DNA of 62,044 nucleotides, the filler included, from Deltaproteobacteria bacterium (GTDB lineage: Bacteria; JAUYMQ01): NCBI GenBank assembly GCA_030698575.1. It is 5 parts of 5 records of this genome, joined end to end, with 100 filler letters (N's around TTAATTAATTAA, not from the genome) between each part and the next. Parts side by side here need not be neighbours in the genome. Positions count along the whole stretch, not along the records: positions 1 to 16,413 come from JAUYMQ010000287.1; positions 16,514 to 47,551 come from JAUYMQ010000290.1; 3 more parts are not named here. One strand, given 5' to 3'. The position numbers were made by a program, and so were the translations under genes. Positions 8,004 through 16,693 of the stretch are shown in pieces. The notes under the pieces were generated by a model, which worked only from the letters and a program-made list of their open reading frames with translations, searched no databases and was not told where the DNA came from. Position 1 is the stretch's first letter, and every line of letters begins with the position of its first letter.

Positions 8004-9551
8004 ATGAAGAACCGTAAGGCTGACAGAAAGAGTGATGCGCTCGAGATGGAGGCTGTTCCAGGTCTTGCTCTCGAGGAAAGGCTGATGGACTCCGAGGTCG
8101 AGAACGAGACGGCCGCGGACGAGGGCACGTTCGACGAGGAGATCGACCCCTCCGACTCGACCGACGACGCCCCGATCATCGCCGAGGAGACCCCCGAACG
8201 GCCCGCGCCGCGAATGGCGGGCGAGTCGGAGTTCTTCCCCGGCAACATCCTGGCCAAGTACTTCCGCGAGATCGGGGGCAGCCCCCGCCTCACGAAGGAT
8301 GACGAGGTGCGCCTCGCCCAGGAGATCGAACGTTGCCGCAACGTCACCCGCGATGTGGTCATCAGCGTTCCGTTCACGGCGGATCGGCTGCTCTCGCTCG
8401 TCGACGACCTGAAGGCCGGCGACGTCAACATCTATGAGATCACCTCCCGCGTTGAGCGTGGCGACAGCGAGACGCAGAAGCTCGAGGAGAGTCGCCGGCT
8501 CGTAGCCCTGCTCGGCCGGCTGCGAGCAACCCTGAACGAGGCTCACACCCGGAGGGGCCTTGTCGCCAAGCGCAAGAGCAAGGCGGGCCGCAAGCAGATG
8601 GCCGATCGGGCCGACCAGGCCACACTCAAGGCGCGAAATTACCTGGACGACATCCAGATCAACGAAAACTACGTGAAGTCCCTCCTCGAAGAGCTGCGTC
8701 AGATCGCCGTGGCCTACGAGCTGGGCGAGAAATACTCGCGTGCCAAGGTCCGCAGCCTCGTCGGCCTCACTCCGGAGAAGCTGCGCGAGAGGCTGTCGGA
8801 GGCCGACCAGGCCTACCGCGAGCTGGAGTACGCGAAGAACCAGTTCATCGTCGCGAACCTGAAGCTCGTGATCGCCATTGCGAAGAACTTCAAGACCCGC
8901 GACGTGGACTTCATTGATCTGGTCCAGGAGGGCAACCTCGGCCTCATCCGCGCAGTCGAGAAGTTCGACTGGAGGAAGGGATACAAGTTCAGCACCTATG
9001 CCCTCTGGTGGATCCGCCAGGCCGTCACGCGCGCGATTCATGATCAGTCCCGGACCATCCGGATCCCGAACCACATGAACGAGACGATCGTGAAGTACAA
9101 CAAGACCTTTGCCAGTCTGACCCAGAAGCTCGGCCGCGAGCCGACGCCGGAGGAGGTATCCGAGAAGATCAGCCTCTCGATCGATAAGGCGCAGACCATC
9201 ATCCGCGCGGTCCAGACCCCGCTGTCGCTCCAGCTTCCCGTGGGCAACAGCGAGGAGGTGAGCCTGGAGAACTTCATCGACGACAAGAGGGTGGAGCATC
9301 CGTCCACCGCGCTTGATCAGGAGCGGCTGCTCGATCTCGCGAAGAACTCCCTCGAGACCCTGAGCGAGCGAGAGCGCAAGATCCTCCAGTGGCGGTTCGG
9401 CTTCGACGGAAACGAGGAGCACAGCCTGGAAGAGATCGGCCAGAAGCTCGGCCTCTCCAGGGAGCGCATCCGGCAGCTCGAGATGCGCGCCATCAAGAAG
9501 CTCCGCCACCCGGCCTACAGGAAGCGCTGGCTGGAGTTCGTCGAGAACTAA
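8004..9551 (+). CDS. RpoD-family sigma70 factor (probable non-primary paralog)
   Basis: Regions 1.2 (YFREIG), 2 (DLVQEGNLGLIRAVEKFD, YALWWIRQAVTRAI), 3 and 4 (SLEEIG..LSRERIRQLE); large non-conserved region; acidic N-terminus. Start taken at ATG 8004. Confidence 0.9.
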   Translation: MKNRKADRKSDALEMEAVPGLALEERLMDSEVENETAADEGTFDEEIDPSDSTDDAPIIAEETPERPAPRMAGESEFFPGNILAKYFREIGGSPRLTKDDEVRLAQEIERCRNVTRDVVISVPFTADRLLSLVDDLKAGDVNIYEITSRVERGDSETQKLEESRRLVALLGRLRATLNEAHTRRGLVAKRKSKAGRKQMADRADQATLKARNYLDDIQINENYVKSLLEELRQIAVAYELGEKYSRAKVRSLVGLTPEKLRERLSEADQAYRELEYAKNQFIVANLKLVIAIAKNFKTRDVDFIDLVQEGNLGLIRAVEKFDWRKGYKFSTYALWWIRQAVTRAIHDQSRTIRIPNHMNETIVKYNKTFASLTQKLGREPTPEEVSEKISLSIDKAQTIIRAVQTPLSLQLPVGNSEEVSLENFIDDKRVEHPSTALDQERLLDLAKNSLETLSERERKILQWRFGFDGNEEHSLEEIGQKLGLSRERIRQLEMRAIKKLRHPAYRKRWLEFVEN

Positions 9552-9565
9552 GCTAGACCGGAACG

Positions 9566-9601
9566 AAAAAAAGAGGGGGTGGCAGTCGCCACTCCCTCTT
9601 T
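9566..9601. terminator. Bidirectional intrinsic terminator
   Basis: AAAGAGGGGGTGGC-agtc-GCCACTCCCTCTTT with a flanking A-run. Confidence 0.8.
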
Positions 9602-9621
9602 CTATTTGCCCTCGCCCCGGG

Positions 9622-9771
9622 TCAATAATCTTCCTCGGCCTCCCAGGTCTCTCCCTGGAGCCGTAACTTCAGCGTCGTGCCGCAGTAGGGGCAGCAGGTC
9701 GATTCACCGTCCTCCTCCTTGCTCACGGGGATCTCCGCGTCGCAGGTGGGGCATGTCGGGTCCTTTATCAT
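9622..9771 (-). CDS. Small LysW-like zinc-ribbon protein (49 aa)
   Basis: CPTC...CPYC, acidic end EAEEDY; GGGAGG RBS before ATG 9771. Confidence 0.7.
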   Translation of the reverse strand: MIKDPTCPTCDAEIPVSKEEDGESTCCPYCGTTLKLRLQGETWEAEEDY

Positions 9772-9867
9772 CGACGCTTCCTCCCGGAGGTCCCTCGGAT
9801 CAGGATATCGGCAACACTCGACGCCGCTTGAGCGCTTCCCGGCCACGGAAAACCTCCGCCCGGGCGC

Positions 9868-10407
9868 CTAGGGGTGTGGCCCCCGGCCGCCGCCGTTCAC
9901 GGCGGGGACGTGGGGCCGGGCCCAGAGCTCGTAGAGGGGGCCCAGGATGAGCAGCGCCAGCGTGCCGGCCAGGAGAAAATGGCCCAGGAGCAGGACGGGC
10001 GCCATCCCCGCGGAGAGGAAGCGAACCCCCCAGGGCCCGGCGATCTCCAGCAGGACGCCTGCGAAGGAGAGCCACGTAAGAGCCCGCTTGAGCCCGTCCG
10101 ACACCGACACCATGTAGAACACGTGGCAGAGCACCAGCAGGGTCAGCGGCATCATGAACAGGTGAAAATGCGCGTTCATGAGGAGCTCTGTCGCGCTCTT
10201 GGGATAGGTAATGACCTCGCCTGAGGCGTCCACCGTCCCCCGGTAGTAGCTGGTGATCCCGTCGATGCTGAAGCCCGTCTGCCGGTAGGTGAGGACGAGG
10301 TTCGTCGCGTAGCCGAGCAGGGTGAACAGGAGAAAGAGCGTCAGGACCAGTCGGAGGTTCGGACTGGCCGTGGTGAGCCTGTAACCATTCGCCGAGAAGG
10401 TCTTCAT
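9868..10407 (-). CDS. Conserved 4-TM membrane protein with HxH motif
   Basis: Four hydrophobic segments; YYRG and AHFHLFMM...CH motifs. Confidence 0.75.
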   Translation of the reverse strand: MKTFSANGYRLTTASPNLRLVLTLFLLFTLLGYATNLVLTYRQTGFSIDGITSYYRGTVDASGEVITYPKSATELLMNAHFHLFMMPLTLLVLCHVFYMVSVSDGLKRALTWLSFAGVLLEIAGPWGVRFLSAGMAPVLLLGHFLLAGTLALLILGPLYELWARPHVPAVNGGGRGPHP

Positions 10408-10426
10408 CGTGCGGAATGAGGGTTCA

Positions 10427-10636
10427 TCATCGGCTTGTTAACACTTTTCGGGTAGACGAGCATCTCGCCCGAAGCATCCCCCCGTCCCGATACCACGTGG
10501 AAATCCCCTCTACCGCGAAACCCGCCTGACGGTAGGTCGTGAGGAGGTTCGTCAAGTAGCCCATGAACGTGAGGACGAGTCGCAAATTCGTCGATGCGGT
10601 GGTGAGCGGGTAATTGTCGGCGTTGAAGACCTTCAT
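10427..10636 (-). pseudogene. Truncated, degraded copy of the N-terminus of the 9868-10407 gene
   Basis: MKVFNADNYPLTTASTNLRLVLTF..MGYLTNLLTTYRQAGF versus MKTFSANGYRLTTASPNLRLVLTLF..LGYATNLVLTYRQTGF; internal deletion, then frameshift. Confidence 0.8.
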
Positions 10637-10689
10637 GGCTTGCGGGCCTGCCTCTCAATCTTGCCGACGATAAGCCCCGGTGGAGCGAC

Positions 10690-10977
10690 GTGGGGGTCCG
10701 ATAGACGATTTCGACCAGGGCCGGCGCCCTCCTCATTCCCCGGTTCAAAGCCCAAACCGACAGCTCGGCAGCGCTGAGGATCGGAATGTCGTGCTCCGTC
10801 AGGAGGGGCGCCTCGAGCGACTTTCCCTCTTACTCTCGCAAGAAAGCGACACATCGGCACCCCGCTCCACGCCGATTTCCTGCAGACCACAGCTCGATTC
10901 CCTTCACGTGGCCTTCACCGTGCACATCCACCACGAAGGCGTTGGGGCGGTCCTTGCCCAATCTCGTTCACCACAAC
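10690..10977 (-). pseudogene. Degraded FMN-binding (FMN_bind) domain gene
   Basis: Manual translation: VVNEIG/KDRPNAFVVDVHGEGHVKGIEL..AFLRE*EGKSLEAPLLTEHDIPILSAAELSVWALNRGMRRAPALVEIVY; stop at 10830-10832 plus frameshifts; SAAE sits where SGAT is expected. Confidence 0.6.
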
Positions 10978-11175
10978 TGCGCTTAGATCTCTTCGTCTCT
11001 CGCGCGGGCAGGGGCTGGACATATCACACCGGCCCCCAGAGGCCAAGTCCGAGCAAAACGGCCCCGCGCGCTCCCATATTTGTTCCGCTCAAACCATCCT
11101 TCACAGCGCCCCGTTGCGGCGGCCCGACGCCGTCTCTCATGCGAGATCATGCCCGGAAGGAAGGCGAGCGGTCGA

Positions 11176-11847
11176 TCAAGCGGTGAATCTTTGCCTGACT
11201 ATTCTTCCATGATTCAGAAGAACCTGACTCCCCGACCTGCGACCTATGTCATGATTATGGGTCACCATGAGAATGGTTTTTCCTTCGAGATGGAGATCTC
11301 GAAAAATGTTCATAACCTCTGCCTCGTTTCTCTCATCAAGGTTGCCAGTTGGTTCGTCGGCCAAGACAACTTGCGGCTCGTTGACGAGAGCGCGAGCAAT
11401 GCAAACTCGCTGTTGCTCGCCACCGGAAAGTTGTGAGGGGAGATGGTGCGTTCGATCGGCCATTCCCAATCTCTCCAGAATGGCGCAGGCCTGCTTCTTG
11501 TCCACAATCGAATGGTAGTATTGCGCAAGCATGACGTTTTCCAGGGCCGTCAAGTAAGGTACGAAGTGGAACCCCTGGAAGATCAATCCGATCTTCTCCC
11601 GGCGGAACGTGGCAGCTTCGTCGGGATCGAGGCGACCAAGATCCGTGCCCAACACGAGCACACGCCCCGCCGTGGGCTTATCCAGTCCGTCCAGGAGGTT
11701 CAGCAGGGTGGTCTTGCCGGAGCCCGATGGCCCCATCACGGCCACCCATTCCCCCTGCTCGATATGGAGCGATACGCCGTCGAGCGCGCGGATGCCGCCG
11801 GGGTACACCCGACTCACGTTCTCAAGACGGATGGCTGCCTGCCCCAT
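11176..11847 (-). CDS. ABC transporter ATP-binding protein (MacB/LolD-like)
   Basis: GPSGSGKT, LSGGEQQRV, LADEPTGNLD, VTH; ATG overlaps the upstream TGA. Confidence 0.93.
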   Translation of the reverse strand: MGQAAIRLENVSRVYPGGIRALDGVSLHIEQGEWVAVMGPSGSGKTTLLNLLDGLDKPTAGRVLVLGTDLGRLDPDEAATFRREKIGLIFQGFHFVPYLTALENVMLAQYYHSIVDKKQACAILERLGMADRTHHLPSQLSGGEQQRVCIARALVNEPQVVLADEPTGNLDERNEAEVMNIFRDLHLEGKTILMVTHNHDIGRRSGSQVLLNHGRIVRQRFTA

Positions 11848-12959
11848 CACTCTCCTCGCAGTGCCGCGGCAACCTGGATTCGAACGGCGCGGCCGCAACC
11901 GAACGCGCTGGATAGAACCGATACGAACATGGTGACCAGCAAGGACGCCACCATGGCCGCCCACTGGGGCGAAACCGACGCGTGGAACACCTCTTGGGCC
12001 ACGCCCTCCGCCAGCGCCGTGCCGGCAGCGAAACCTACCACGGACGCCATCGCTCCAAGTGCGGAGCTTTCGGCCAACAGGAATACGACCATCGAGCGGC
12101 GCTTCGCCCCAAGCGCCAGAAGGAGCGCAAGCTCTCTGCGCCGCTCGGCCACTCGGGCGAGCGCAGCAGCCGAAACCCCCAGCGAGGTCAGCACAACCAC
12201 AACCACGAGCGTCACGCCGGACAGCAGGTTGATCTTTTTCAACACCGACTCCTCGCCATGAAGGATTCGGTAGAGCGGCTTGAGCCGCACTTCGACGCCC
12301 TTTGCGCGGATGGCCTCCTGGAGCTGACCGATACCCGCCGCCCCGCCAGGGACCGAGAGGAGAGCGTAGTGAAAAGCCGCCTCCTCTGGGACGGATGACG
12401 TAACGAAAAGGCGGGCTTCATCCTCGTCACCGGAGTCCAGGATGCCCACCGTTCGAAGGGATAACTTTCGCCCCCCCTGATCCCATTGAACTCCTACGAG
12501 CGTTCCTACTTTCAGCCCCAGCGCGTCGGCAAGGCGCCGACCCACGACACACTCTCCGGGCGCCGTCGCCCGCCGTCCCGTGACCGCCCAGTAGGGGGTC
12601 ATCTCCCGCAGGCCCTCCGGTGACGCGGAGACGACAGCCACCGGTTTTCCCTGAACGAGCCCGACGCGAAGGCTGAGGTGAACAAGATTGGCGAACTGGC
12701 GGCGCGCGACCTCCTCCACGACCGGCCAGCTAGTTCCCGCCCTCCCCAGTCCCTCGGCGGCCGAAGTCGCATGGATGGCCGGATATATGACGGCGTTGGC
12801 CCCCAGCCGCCGCAGATCTGCGCTCACCTTCCCTTCGATCTCCAATGCAATGGTGCTGAAGAGGGTAACGAGTGCCCCACAACACGCCAGCGCCACCATG
12901 ATCCAGACCGAGGTCCGGATGTTCTTGACGACCGACTTACGAACCATGTGAGCGAGCAT
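11847..12959 (-). CDS. ABC transporter permease (FtsX/MacB-like)
   Basis: N-terminal TM, LRRLGAN, ERRRELALLLALGA, C-terminal TMs, ends LRGE. Confidence 0.88.
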   Translation of the reverse strand: MLAHMVRKSVVKNIRTSVWIMVALACCGALVTLFSTIALEIEGKVSADLRRLGANAVIYPAIHATSAAEGLGRAGTSWPVVEEVARRQFANLVHLSLRVGLVQGKPVAVVSASPEGLREMTPYWAVTGRRATAPGECVVGRRLADALGLKVGTLVGVQWDQGGRKLSLRTVGILDSGDEDEARLFVTSSVPEEAAFHYALLSVPGGAAGIGQLQEAIRAKGVEVRLKPLYRILHGEESVLKKINLLSGVTLVVVVVLTSLGVSAAALARVAERRRELALLLALGAKRRSMVVFLLAESSALGAMASVVGFAAGTALAEGVAQEVFHASVSPQWAAMVASLLVTMFVSVLSSAFGCGRAVRIQVAAALRGE

Positions 12960-12968
12960 GGGTAACTC

Positions 12969-14240
12969 TCAGTTGCCGTGCAGCACTTGCGCTGTGCTTT
13001 GGTGGAGTACCTGAGACACCGGCCACAGGCAGGCCACCCATGCAACGATCAATCCCAGCAACGGTGACAAGATCGCCAACACTCCCAGGCTTCCTGCTTC
13101 TCCGCCAAAAACGGCGTTCACGAGCCCCTGGCCCAGTACCGGTCCGCTCACAGCAGCCAACGCACCACCCAGCAACCCCAGTGCGGCTGATTCGCAGGAG
13201 AAGAGCAGCAACACGTCACGGCGGTGGGCGCCGATGGCTTGAAGCAACGCCACTTCCGAGCGCCGCTCGAGGACGGCCGACGTGAGAACCCCAATCACGC
13301 TCAGGCAACAGACGACCGCGGTGAGGCCCCCCAAAATGGTCATCAACCCCTCCATGCGGATGAGAACGGCGCCTTGGGTTTCGCTCACCCGGCGCACGAC
13401 CCGTGCCGCCGATCCGCCAATGGCCTCTTGGATTGCGGCAGCCACCGACCCCGGATAGGGTGTGCAGGACCACCGCTCGTACTCCGCGGGCGTAAGCGAC
13501 GTGGGGTCGAGGCGGTACTTTTCCGCCAACTTGTTCTCCGGTGTGGTCAAGGTACTCACGTCCGCCTCGGAAATTTTTTGAGGCAATCCCGCGAAGTCCT
13601 GGACCGTGGATAGAGAGGCGATGAGGGCCCCGTCTTCGCGTTCACCGGTTACAACAATACCGCGGACACGCAACGAACGCGTCCGACCTGCAAGGGTCAG
13701 CCTCACCCATTCCCCGGGTGTGAGACCGAGCTCACGGGCCGCGTCCACCCCCACCAGGCACTCGTCGTCGGCCTGTGGCCATGCACCCTTCACGTGCCAG
13801 TGACCGTACCCCTTGAGAGAATCGGGCGTGAACGAGACGCTACCCGCTGCGGCGCTCCCATGGGGAGCGCCTATGCCGAGGAGCGGCACGTCCCGCCCGT
13901 CCACCCGCACCTGGACCCACAAACGGAGAAAGACGCCGAGAATATTGTTCCGCCAGAAGAGGGTCTCGAGCTTCTCCATCTGACCCTCATTAAGATAGAT
14001 CTGCCCGATCCGCGGCGCCAACTCGTAACCGCCCACCCTTACGGGCACGGCGCCAGCGGATGGCTCGACCCTGATGTTTGCGCCGAACGCGGAGAGTTCA
14101 CGGTTTATCTTGTCTCGCACGTCCAAACTGAGCGTGATCAGCGCCACCACCAGGGTCATACCGACCCAGATGGTGAGAACGGCCAGGAGCTTGCGTGACC
14201 TCCGGCGCGCCAGTGATCGGGCGAGAATTCGGAGAAGCAT
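12969..14240 (-). CDS. ABC transporter permease (FtsX/MacB-like, Fet-type)
   Basis: ELSAFGANI, YERWSCTPY, ERRSEVALLQAIGA. Confidence 0.9.
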   Translation of the reverse strand: MLLRILARSLARRRSRKLLAVLTIWVGMTLVVALITLSLDVRDKINRELSAFGANIRVEPSAGAVPVRVGGYELAPRIGQIYLNEGQMEKLETLFWRNNILGVFLRLWVQVRVDGRDVPLLGIGAPHGSAAAGSVSFTPDSLKGYGHWHVKGAWPQADDECLVGVDAARELGLTPGEWVRLTLAGRTRSLRVRGIVVTGEREDGALIASLSTVQDFAGLPQKISEADVSTLTTPENKLAEKYRLDPTSLTPAEYERWSCTPYPGSVAAAIQEAIGGSAARVVRRVSETQGAVLIRMEGLMTILGGLTAVVCCLSVIGVLTSAVLERRSEVALLQAIGAHRRDVLLLFSCESAALGLLGGALAAVSGPVLGQGLVNAVFGGEAGSLGVLAILSPLLGLIVAWVACLWPVSQVLHQSTAQVLHGN

Positions 14241-14255
14241 TTCCCTTGATCCCCG

Positions 14256-15671
14256 CTACCGGGTGTAAGCCGCCGGGTTCTCCCGGAACATGGCCCGGCA
14301 GCGTTCCATCTTGCAGAAGTAATAGGTCTTGCCGTTTTGGGTCTCGAAGGCAGAAGACTCGTTTCTCTTGAAACGCATGCCGCACACGGGGCAGGTCTCC
14401 TCGATCCCCGGCTGCTCGCCGAAGAGCTCCGCCACCCGGGCGAGCGCGATCACAGGGATGTGGACGTGGCTCGCCGTGGTCTGGGCCTCCAGCGGGATTG
14501 GATTGCAGCCGCCCGGCTGGCCCAGCGTGCGGGGATTGATCACGGCCCCGCAGTTGAGGCAAATGAGATTCTCGCCCTCCTGGATGTAGCCGGAGGAGCC
14601 GCAGATCTCGCAGGCATCCAGGGCGGTCCGTACTTTACCATCCGAGGCTTTCATCGCCAGGAACCGCACCATGTGTCCCCCGGTCAGAAAACCGAAACGG
14701 TGGAGCTTACCGTCGTCTAGCTTCTGAAGGGGGACAACAACACCATCACCCTCTCGGGCGGCAGCTTCCGGCGGGGGAACTTCCTTGGGCAGCATCTCCC
14801 TGGCGTAAGCGACACCCACGACGACCAGCACCAGCAGCGCGCAAACCACGGCTCCGAGCCGATAAAACCATTCCCGTTTCACCCTCGCCCGTGCCAGGCG
14901 CAAGTCCGCGTCAGAGGCCCCTTCGAGGGCGGGGGCCGCTTCGCGTCTCCGGCTCAGGAAGATAAACAACGGAATAGCGACGATGGCGAGGAGGAAGAGA
15001 GAGTTGTTGCGCACCACAGGTCCCACCAGCGCCATGGTCTGCTGCGTCGCGGGTACGATCCCGATCTCGGAAAACTCGTGGTAGCCGTTCACCAAGAGTT
15101 GCACGACGAAGATGCCCAGCACCCACGTCGTGACCGTGAAGAAACGCCGCAGATCCACCTGGACGCTGCCCCGCACGAACATCACACAGAAGAGGATCGC
15201 CGCAGCCAGGCCGACCAGCGCTCCGATGAAGCTCAGCAGCGCTTCCGTCGTCAGGTTCACGGCGCTGAGAAACATCACCGTCTCGGCTCCTTCGCGGAAG
15301 ACCATGAGGAACGCAAAGGCCCCCAGCCCCCACGTTTCCTTTGCGCTCCCCGCCGCTTCCACCGCGTGCTGGACCCGTTGCTCGATCTCCGCATGCAAGC
15401 TCTTTGCTTTGCGATGCATCCACCACATCATGGACGCCACGAAGACGGCCGATACCCAGTAAAGTACGCCCTCGTAGATTTCCTCGCTGATCGTCAGAGC
15501 GTTCAGAGCCACGGCGGCAACGACGCTGGCCACGATGGCGAGGCTCAGCCCCCCGTAAACGGCGCGCTCGAGGTCCCGCCGTGCCGAACGTTTGAGCACC
15601 ACGAGGGTGATCCCGATGACCAGCGCGGCCTCGATTCCCTCCCGGAGCATGATGACGAACGACTCGAACAT
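14256..15671 (-). CDS. FTR1 iron permease fused to DUF2318 (Cys-rich) and YHS domains
   Basis: REGIE and REGAE motifs; DACEICG..CLNCG..GGCNPIPL; CPVCGM..YYFC...C..F..NP. Confidence 0.9.
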   Translation of the reverse strand: MFESFVIMLREGIEAALVIGITLVVLKRSARRDLERAVYGGLSLAIVASVVAAVALNALTISEEIYEGVLYWVSAVFVASMMWWMHRKAKSLHAEIEQRVQHAVEAAGSAKETWGLGAFAFLMVFREGAETVMFLSAVNLTTEALLSFIGALVGLAAAILFCVMFVRGSVQVDLRRFFTVTTWVLGIFVVQLLVNGYHEFSEIGIVPATQQTMALVGPVVRNNSLFLLAIVAIPLFIFLSRRREAAPALEGASDADLRLARARVKREWFYRLGAVVCALLVLVVVGVAYAREMLPKEVPPPEAAAREGDGVVVPLQKLDDGKLHRFGFLTGGHMVRFLAMKASDGKVRTALDACEICGSSGYIQEGENLICLNCGAVINPRTLGQPGGCNPIPLEAQTTASHVHIPVIALARVAELFGEQPGIEETCPVCGMRFKRNESSAFETQNGKTYYFCKMERCRAMFRENPAAYTR

Positions 15672-15692
15672 GTTTTTCCTCCGTTATCGGCC

Positions 15693-16412
15693 TCAGAAAT
15701 TCAGGTCCACCGACAGCAGGATCGTGGTGCTCTGATCCGTGTTGCGACCCGCGATCCCGCGTTGCGCGCCGGTCCGAATACACACAAGATCCGAGAGGGG
15801 CATCACGGCGCCCACCGTCACCGCGATCAGGTCTGCATCCTGGTCGCGATGCGTGAAGTCATGGCTGTAGTTGAGCTCCAGCTCCGGCTGAAGCTTGTGG
15901 AGAAACTGATAGCCCAGCGCCAGGTTCGCACCGAAGCTGCCCCGAGAGGCTACGGGATCGCCGAAGACCGCCACGTAGCCGAGGTCGAAATTCGTGCTCC
16001 ATCGCTCCGACCAGTCCTTGACCACGGCGAAACGAGTATCCAGGCTCCAGAACTCCTGGCTCGGCCCCAAGCGGTCTGGCGACGTGTCCTTCCCCGTGGG
16101 GATCGTGAGGGTAGGAACGTAGGCAAGAGCTACTCTCCAAGCCTCGTTCTCAAAGAACCGCCACTTCGCGGAGACCGCGAGGTCCGTCAGCCCGTGCCCC
16201 GATCGGAGACCCGTTTCATCATCGGCCAGCCACGAGTAGCCGGACCCGATGGCCAAGTCCAGATCGTCAGATACCCCTCTGGTAAGAACCATCTGATTGC
16301 TCAACTCGTACAAACGGGCTCGCCGTTCTTTCTTCCAGAAGGGATCCCATCGTTGCGTCGAACGGTTGTAACCGACGTTGAGTTGGAGTTGCCAAGCTCC
16401 TTCTCCCAGCGG
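15693..16412 (-). CDS. Outer-membrane beta-barrel ('transporter'/MetA-pathway-like), 5'-partial
   Basis: Frame open to the contig end; GLTDLAVSAKWRF, TIPTG, amphipathic strands, C-terminal Phe. Confidence 0.75.
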   Translation of the reverse strand, partial: PLGEGAWQLQLNVGYNRSTQRWDPFWKKERRARLYELSNQMVLTRGVSDDLDLAIGSGYSWLADDETGLRSGHGLTDLAVSAKWRFFENEAWRVALAYVPTLTIPTGKDTSPDRLGPSQEFWSLDTRFAVVKDWSERWSTNFDLGYVAVFGDPVASRGSFGANLALGYQFLHKLQPELELNYSHDFTHRDQDADLIAVTVGAVMPLSDLVCIRTGAQRGIAGRNTDQSTTILLSVDLNF

Positions 16413-16413
16413 A

Positions 16414-16513
16414 NNNNNNNNNNNNNNNNNNNNNNNNNNNNNNNNNNNNNNNNNNNNTTAATTAATTAANNNNNNNNNNNNNNNNNNNNNNNNNNNNNNN
16501 NNNNNNNNNNNNN
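16414..16513. other. Artificial contig linker
   Basis: N-run + TTAATTAATTAA + N-run, 100 nt. Confidence 0.98.
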
Positions 16514-16646
16514 GTCGGCCCGCGGTTTCGCTCCCCGCTTCTTTCAGCGACGGCCTCGCGACCTCCGCCTTACGGTTTGCTTGGGTCCCCGCGACCAGGT
16601 TCCCGGAGGACTTGCACCTCCAAGTCGAAGCCCATGCTGGGCACAC
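16514..16646 (-). mobile_element. Group IIC intron, 5' end (domain I start), truncated by the contig end
   Basis: Minus strand reads GTGTGCCCAGCATGGG...GAGGTGCAAGTCCTC...CTGAAAGAAGCGG and starts just after a terminator hairpin, as IIC introns do. Confidence 0.85.
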
Positions 16647-16651
16647 AAATG

Positions 16652-16687
16652 AAACAGGGCAGCGGCCCGTCCGCTGCCCTGTTTTTT
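16652..16687. terminator. Bidirectional terminator; target hairpin of the IIC intron
   Basis: AAACAGGGCAGCGG-cccgt-CCGCTGCCCTGTTT with a T-run. Confidence 0.85.
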
Positions 16688-16693
16688 ATCACC

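Noticed and set aside
7932-9509. Long antisense ORFs (also 15078-16469, 17720-19165, 22813-24297, 30131-31975, 34131-35600, 35509-37950, 50577-51956 and others)
   Set aside because: Shadow frames of well-supported genes in high-GC DNA, with no recognisable motifs.
16414-16513. TTAATTAATTAA within N-runs (also at 47552, 53065 and 58641) as a biological repeat
   Set aside because: Identical 100-nt all-frame-stop linkers inserted between contigs. ORFs and synteny across them are artefacts.
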